Shown: positions 8,228 to 12,744 of the stretch, piece by piece
How positions within the stretch are numbered: the stretch's first letter is position 1
How the letters are laid out: each line of letters starts with the position of its first letter
Translations under genes and position numbers: made by a program
The notes under the pieces: generated by a model
What the model was told of the DNA's origin: nothing
Databases searched by the model: none
The model's input: only the letters and a program-made list of their open reading frames with translations
Assembly (NCBI GenBank): GCA_043228905.1
Contig: JBHGNT010001038.1
Coordinates: 1-12,744, forward strand
Direction of reading: 5' to 3'
From: Azolla caroliniana
Lineage: Eukaryota > Plantae > Polypodiophyta
DNA: 12,744 bases

Positions 8228-10945
8228 TAGCGCTTGAATTTCTTCGTCCATGGCTTCCATCCATCGGTGGTTACAAACCGCTTCTGTAAAGTGTTCGTAC
8301 TCTTGTTCACCCACTACCTTCATCATGAAGGTATAGTGGTGTGCCATGAACTCGTTGTAGCCATATCAAGTGATCACATTCTTCTCTCTGGACAAGCATC
8401 AAAATTTTTCGTTTGCAGCTCCAAGCGTCTTCTTTAGGCCAAGTGTTTGCATAATGGGTACCCCAAACTCACTATGTAGTGAGCGAGTCGACACATCCGA
8501 ATGACTTTCGTCATGGTGGTCGACATCATATTGAGGCATCTTTACTTTTCCTTTGTCCGATCTGGCCCATGGTTGCAATGTGGTTTCGTTGCTTGGAGGC
8601 TCTTGTGGTCCACTCATCATGGTTGAGCTTGGACTTTCACTAGGTATAGGCCTCAACCCAATGTCTTCATCCCAGTTGATGTTCGACTCTTCCTCAGTCA
8701 GGCCGGATGGAGCCGAATTGGGTTCATACCAAGATGTTGATTCGTCAAACACAACATCCTGACTTACCCGAACCGTTCAGGCAAAGGGGTTGAAGCACTT
8801 GTATTGGTTTTTCTCAGCTGAATATCCTACAAGGATGCATTTCTCCATCTTCGGGTTGAGATTCTATCATTTTTCGTTTGGGATGTGTACATACACAATG
8901 CTTCCAAACAGTCTCAAGGGTGATAGAATCGGCTTCCTTCCAACATATGTCTTGTATGGAGTTGGCTCATGCACTCCATTAATGGTGCACTAATTCACTA
9001 GGTAGATGACTATTGATGGCATTTCGGCCTAGTTGAATTTTGGCATATGCTTCTCATGCAACATGGCGTGTGCTACCTTGAGTGTATGTCGATTCCTCCT
9101 TTCGGCTACTCCATTATGATGGTGTGTGTGTCAGCACGAAAATTCTCTCCTTATTCCCTAACCTTGGAGATAGGAGATGAATTCATCGGAGAAGTACTCC
9201 TTCCCTCTATTTGATCGTAGGCACCGAATATGCCGACCCATTGATTCTTCCACTAAACTCTTGAGATTTTGGAAGTGTGACAACACTTCACTCTTCTTCT
9301 TCATCGGAAAGATCCATGTGTAGCATGAGTAGTCGCCGATAAAGGTGACGTAATACTGGCATCCTCCGATCGTCGGCGTTTGATCTGGCCCCCATACATC
9401 TGAGTGGATCACGTTAAGGAGGCCGTTACTTACGTGGCTTTCCTTTGGGAATGGGAGACGATGTTGTTTGCCAAGTTGACATGCTTCACACACCTTTTCC
9501 GCTTGCTTTGTTTCAAATGACAACTCCCTTCGATTGGATATCCCGAAGCTGTTGGAGATTGATGTGGCCAATTCTCTTGTGCCACATCTCGATATCCATC
9601 TCAGTCTTGAGACCTTTGGCATAAATGACAATCTTTACCTTGTCCGAATCGAGAATAAACATATGTCCTTCTCTCCTTCCTCTTGTGATGAGTCGACCGT
9701 TCTTTTCTACGAAGCAGTCTCCATTGTTTAACCTGACTTGCATGCCTTGCTCCATGATTTGGCCGACTGAGACCAAATTCTTTGTTATGGTAGGAACATG
9801 CAAAACATTCTTAATGCAAGTGTTATTTCTGTCATTGCCAAAAGGAACATTGCCGATGTGCCGAATTGGATGTGTGGTGCCTTCTCCCATCTCTACGTAG
9901 CCTGGTTGATCCGGACTTCTTAAGTCACTAAACCATTATTGATGTGGCGTAATATGATTTGAGGCACCAGAGTCGACGAACCACACTTCTTCTGAATTGG
10001 AGGTGTTGGTGGAATCGGATGCCGAGATGGAGTTATCCTTATGTCGCATGAAGAACATTCCATTGTAGTCTTCAAAGTCGGAGTTGGTTGTGTAGTTGGT
10101 GAGTTGTTGACTCGCCTCTTTTCTTCCGTCACTCCTCTTCATGATGCCTGATTTTCCCCCAGTAATCACATTTGACAGGCCTATTTTGTTGACTCTGTTC
10201 GACATGGAAGCTCCCCCTTCTTCTAAAGATTTCTTGTATGCTTCCGTCTTCTTGCCAAAGGTTTGAGTTACCTTCATAATTCCAGCCAAATCGTCCTCCT
10301 CTTCCTTGGCTGAATCAACCTCTTCTGCCACTACGACCTCATCCTCGACCACCATCCGAATTTGAGAAGAACACCTGTCCTTCCGACATCTTGCTCTTAG
10401 TTCGGAGATGGTTCTCTTCAACTAATAACATTGATTGAATGTTGAAGAACGAAGGAAGGTTTTCTTTCGTCAAAATTGCCATCCATATTGGGTCGAACCG
10501 TTGTGTGAGGCTACCAAAGTACACTTGCATCATTTCTCCTCTTCAATATTTATGTTGATGGAGCTAAGTGAGTTGCAGATACTCTTGATATTGCATGTGT
10601 AATCCCACATGGACATGTCTTTTTGCTAGATGTTATTCAACTCTTGCCAGAGTTGAAGTTTGCGGGCAATCATATTGGCGGCGAAGATTTTCCTTAAGTT
10701 CTTCCATGCTTCTTTAGGTGTCTTGGCGTCTCGAATGTGGCTAAGCATGTGATTGTGGACACATGTTTCCAAAAAATACATTACCCAACTTGCTCCTTGC
10801 TCCCACGTTGGGTAGTTGGCATTTGTGATGTCAGGTTTATTTTCGAGGGCACCGTTGATGTAGCTCCAATACCCTTGGCTACTAGGTACTATTGTTCATC
10901 TTGTACTTCCAAGATGAAAATTTGCTCTGGTCTAGCTTTTCACTA
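8228..10945 (-). mobile_element. gag-pol: Second Ty1/copia element (different family): gag-protease-integrase-start of RT, pseudogenised
   Basis: Minus strand: EKLD..FSSWKYKM and KTPKEAWKNL (copia gag); degenerate zinc knuckle ~10131-10171; WFVDSGASNH (protease); WHKRIGH..CEACQLGKQHR; IHSDVWGP; YYVTFIGDYS; SNRGKEY; WMEAMDEEIQAL (RT start). PR-IN-RT order is diagnostic of copia. Confidence 0.95.
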
Positions 10946-11005
10946 GGGAACAAGCAACTCATTTGTGTGTTCATGTTGATGTAGTGTCTTCCTTTTCGGT
11001 TTTTC

Positions 11006-11482
11006 TGTCACGACATATTGACATGAAATACATAGTTGGTTAGGATTGAACCTACAACCTCACATCAACAAGATGTCATGCTCAACCATTTTGATATAAG
11101 CATACATTTGTATATAATGGTTTAGTATTCTATAGTCTAGCTTATAGTACATTTCAAAATCAAAATATTCTAGAAATATTGTATGGTATATTCTAGAGAT
11201 ATTTCTCAAGTATATTCTAAAGATATTAAATCTCGGAACTTATATAAATACTTGTAACCTCATTACCACCCTTTGCAGGGATTCAACACCAGTCATTAAC
11301 ACATCAATCTAGTATTCTCGTTTCACCCCATCTTATCTCCTTGATCTTCACCTCTATCTTCATTCTCTTGTGTTGTTCTTGAGTTTCTAGCCTCATCAAT
11401 TATAGCTCTAAGTTCACAACTCATTGCTCGTAGCCCCATCATCCGTGCTCTGTTCGAGTCTGCGCTTGGTGTGTCCGTGATA
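11006..11482 (+). repeat. 5' LTR (477 bp)
   Basis: TG start, terminal inverted repeat TGTCACG/CGTGATA, TATATAAATA at 11241-11250. The first ~245 bp match 12436-12710 at roughly 90% by eye, with short TATTCTAG-type indels. Confidence 0.85.
11031..11103 (-). other. tRNA-like (pseudo-tRNA / SINE-head-like) module in the 5' LTR
   Basis: Minus strand reads GCTTATATCAAAATGGTTGAGCATGACATCTTGTTGATGTGAGGTTGTAGGTTCAATCC: degenerate A box, stem ACAT/ATGT around a 7-nt loop CTTGTTG, B box GGTTCAATCC (11052-11043). Acceptor stem is poor. Confidence 0.6.
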
Positions 11483-11494
11483 GTTTGAATCCCT
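11483..11494 (+). promoter_or_regulatory. Primer-binding site, self-priming type
   Basis: GTTTGAATCCCT follows the LTR end. It lacks the TGG start of tRNA-primed sites, and 11485-11494 is the exact reverse complement of 11277-11286. Confidence 0.7.
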
Positions 11495-11516
11495 TCCAAC
11501 TGGAATCATCACCCGT

Positions 11517-11602
11517 CTTCGTCACCGCCCTTGCTTCTAGAGTTACCATCGTCACAATCCTTGCTTCTAGAGTTACCGTCATCAACATCCTTGGTTTTAG
11601 AG
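11517..11602 (+). repeat. 30-bp tandem repeat, about 3 copies
   Basis: CCTTG(C/G)TT(C/T)TAGAG at 11529, 11559, 11589. Confidence 0.88.
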
Positions 11603-11736
11603 ACGCTTCCTCATCATCATCGTCTTCGTTGCCTTGTCTTCAACATCATCATTTTCAGCACCTCATTTTGTCTTCATGAAACACTACTTCGCTCAACCTT
11701 CATCGTCATCAACACTACTTTGCATGGATTGATTTT

Positions 11737-11933
11737 GATCGCTCAGCTTCCTAGTTCAGGTGGGGGTTACAACCTCTCACTTTCTTGGTGGGGATCAAAT
11801 TATTGCTCGCTTGCACTCTGTTTTCATTTTGGTCCACATTTCACTGCATTTCCTTTTTATGAGGATCGATTTCGATCGCTCACCTTCTAGTTCTGGTGAG
11901 GGTCACAACCACTCACTTTCTTGGTGGGGATCA
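11737..11933 (+). repeat. Pair of ~60-bp direct repeats (11737-11797, 11874-11933)
   Basis: Both run GATCGCTCA..CTAGTTC.GGTG.GGGT.ACAACC.CTCACTTTCTTGGTGGGGATCA. Confidence 0.85.
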
Positions 11934-12054
11934 TGTCGGTTTCTTGCTAGCACTACCGTTTATGCCGTGTTTTGGGTCAAACTTGACTATTTACCCTCTC
12001 ATGATAGAAGAAGTTGGGCCAACCACTTCACCTGCACTCCTTCACCCGTTGTTG

Positions 12055-12378
12055 TTCTAGTTCTCGGTGAGAACAACACATGGTCGCCCACACCCGTTCG
12101 TGTTCCAATTCCAATTCTTGGTGAGGAACACAGATAGTCGCTCAAGTTCCAGTTCCCGGTGAGAACCACGCATGGTCACTCATGCCCATCAGTGTTGTAG
12201 AGTCTAATGAGGACCACATATGGTTGCTCACATCTGTCAATGTTCCAGTCTCTGGTGAGGACCGAACATGGTCCCTCACCTAGTCTCCAGTGAGGACCAC
12301 ACATGGTCGCTCACGTCTGTTGGTGTTCGTGTCTCTAGTGAGGAAAACACATGGTTTCTCATGCTTGTCGGTGCTCCA
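12055..12378 (+). repeat. Diverged ~48-bp tandem repeat, 7 units
   Basis: GGTGAGGACCACACATGGTCGCTCA-like core at 12066, 12120, 12158, 12206, 12254, 12289, 12337 (spacings 54, 38, 48, 48, 35, 48). Confidence 0.85.
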
Positions 12379-12421
12379 CCTCCCACTCATCCCTACATCA
12401 CGCTTTCGAAAAGGCAGTCGT

Positions 12422-12435
12422 AAAGGGGAGGATAA
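12422..12435 (+). promoter_or_regulatory. Polypurine tract (plus-strand primer)
   Basis: AAAGGGGAGGATAA immediately 5' of the 3' LTR start. Confidence 0.8.
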
Positions 12436-12710
12436 TGGCACGACACAATGACAGGAAATACATAGTTGGTGAGGATTGAACCTACAACCTCACATCAACA
12501 AGATGTCATGCTCAACCATTTTGATATAAGCATGCATTTGTATAAAATATTTTACTATTCTATAATCTAGCGTATAATGCATTTCAGAATCAGAATATTC
12601 TAGTCGTTAGTATATTCTAGAAATATTGTACGATATATTCTAGATGGGTATATTCTAGTGATATTTCTCGAGTATATTTTAAAGATATTCAATCTCGGAA
12701 CTTGTATAAA
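12436..12710 (+). repeat. 3' LTR, truncated at the TATA box
   Basis: Matches 11006-11248. Similarity stops after CTCGGAACTTGTATAAA and unrelated sequence follows. Confidence 0.88.
12461..12533 (-). other. tRNA-like module in the 3' LTR
   Basis: Same as 11031-11103 except one base (11041 T vs 12471 G). B box at 12482-12473. Confidence 0.6.
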
Positions 12711-12744
12711 CACGTTCGCGTTCACAAGTGGAAGGATCACGCAT

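Larger units (their letters stand above)
11006..12710 (+). mobile_element. Non-autonomous gypsy-type LTR retroelement (TRIM/SMART-like), 3' LTR truncated
   Basis: Direct repeats begin at 11006 (TGTCACGAC) and 12436 (TGGCACGAC). The 5' LTR ends CGTGATA at 11482 (degenerate inverted repeat of TGTCACG). A polypurine tract precedes the 3' LTR. The ~950-bp internal region has no gag/pol motif. Confidence 0.88.

Noticed and set aside
8234-10946. Plus-strand ORFs at 8234, 8553, 8790, 9534, 9625, 10737 and minus-strand off-frame ORFs at 9920 and part of 9936
   Set aside because: Antisense or frameshifted shadows of the minus-strand copia gag-pol.
11031-11103. Functional tRNA gene
   Set aside because: Acceptor stem and D arm are degraded and the anticodon loop is non-canonical; kept only as a tRNA-like module.
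11006-11482. This LTR as the 5' LTR of the adjacent minus-strand copia
   Set aside because: Its TATA, PBS and PPT point in the plus direction, it pairs with 12436-12710, and no copia-type tRNA PBS lies between it and the copia gag.
11485-12137. ORFs 11485, 11531, 11760 as genes (for example env-like)
   Set aside because: Non-ATG starts, overlapping frames, repeat-derived low-complexity sequence and no recognisable motif.

Overview
AT-rich eukaryotic nuclear DNA, most likely land-plant (bryophyte-like; host assignment is inference), made up of nested, decayed transposon sequence with no intact protein-coding gene. From left to right: a 7-unit array of ~51-bp palindromes that is itself a large inverted repeat (448-797), lying in what looks like the first intron of a minus-strand gene; a deleted Ty3/gypsy element (gag plus N-terminal RT, ~1044-2439); an inverted LTR fragment; a four-exon pseudogene of unknown family (3005-5116) with a 284-bp duplication in its first intron; a ~145-bp AT-rich satellite interrupted by a 110-bp plastid rpoC1 fragment; two truncated Ty1/copia pol regions fused tail-to-tail (6941-8227 +, 8228-10945 -); and a non-coding LTR element (11006-12710). 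The last element is the best novelty candidate. Its LTRs carry an antisense tRNA-like (A-box/B-box) module, and its primer-binding site is complementary to its own predicted transcript 5' end, as in Tf1-type self-priming.
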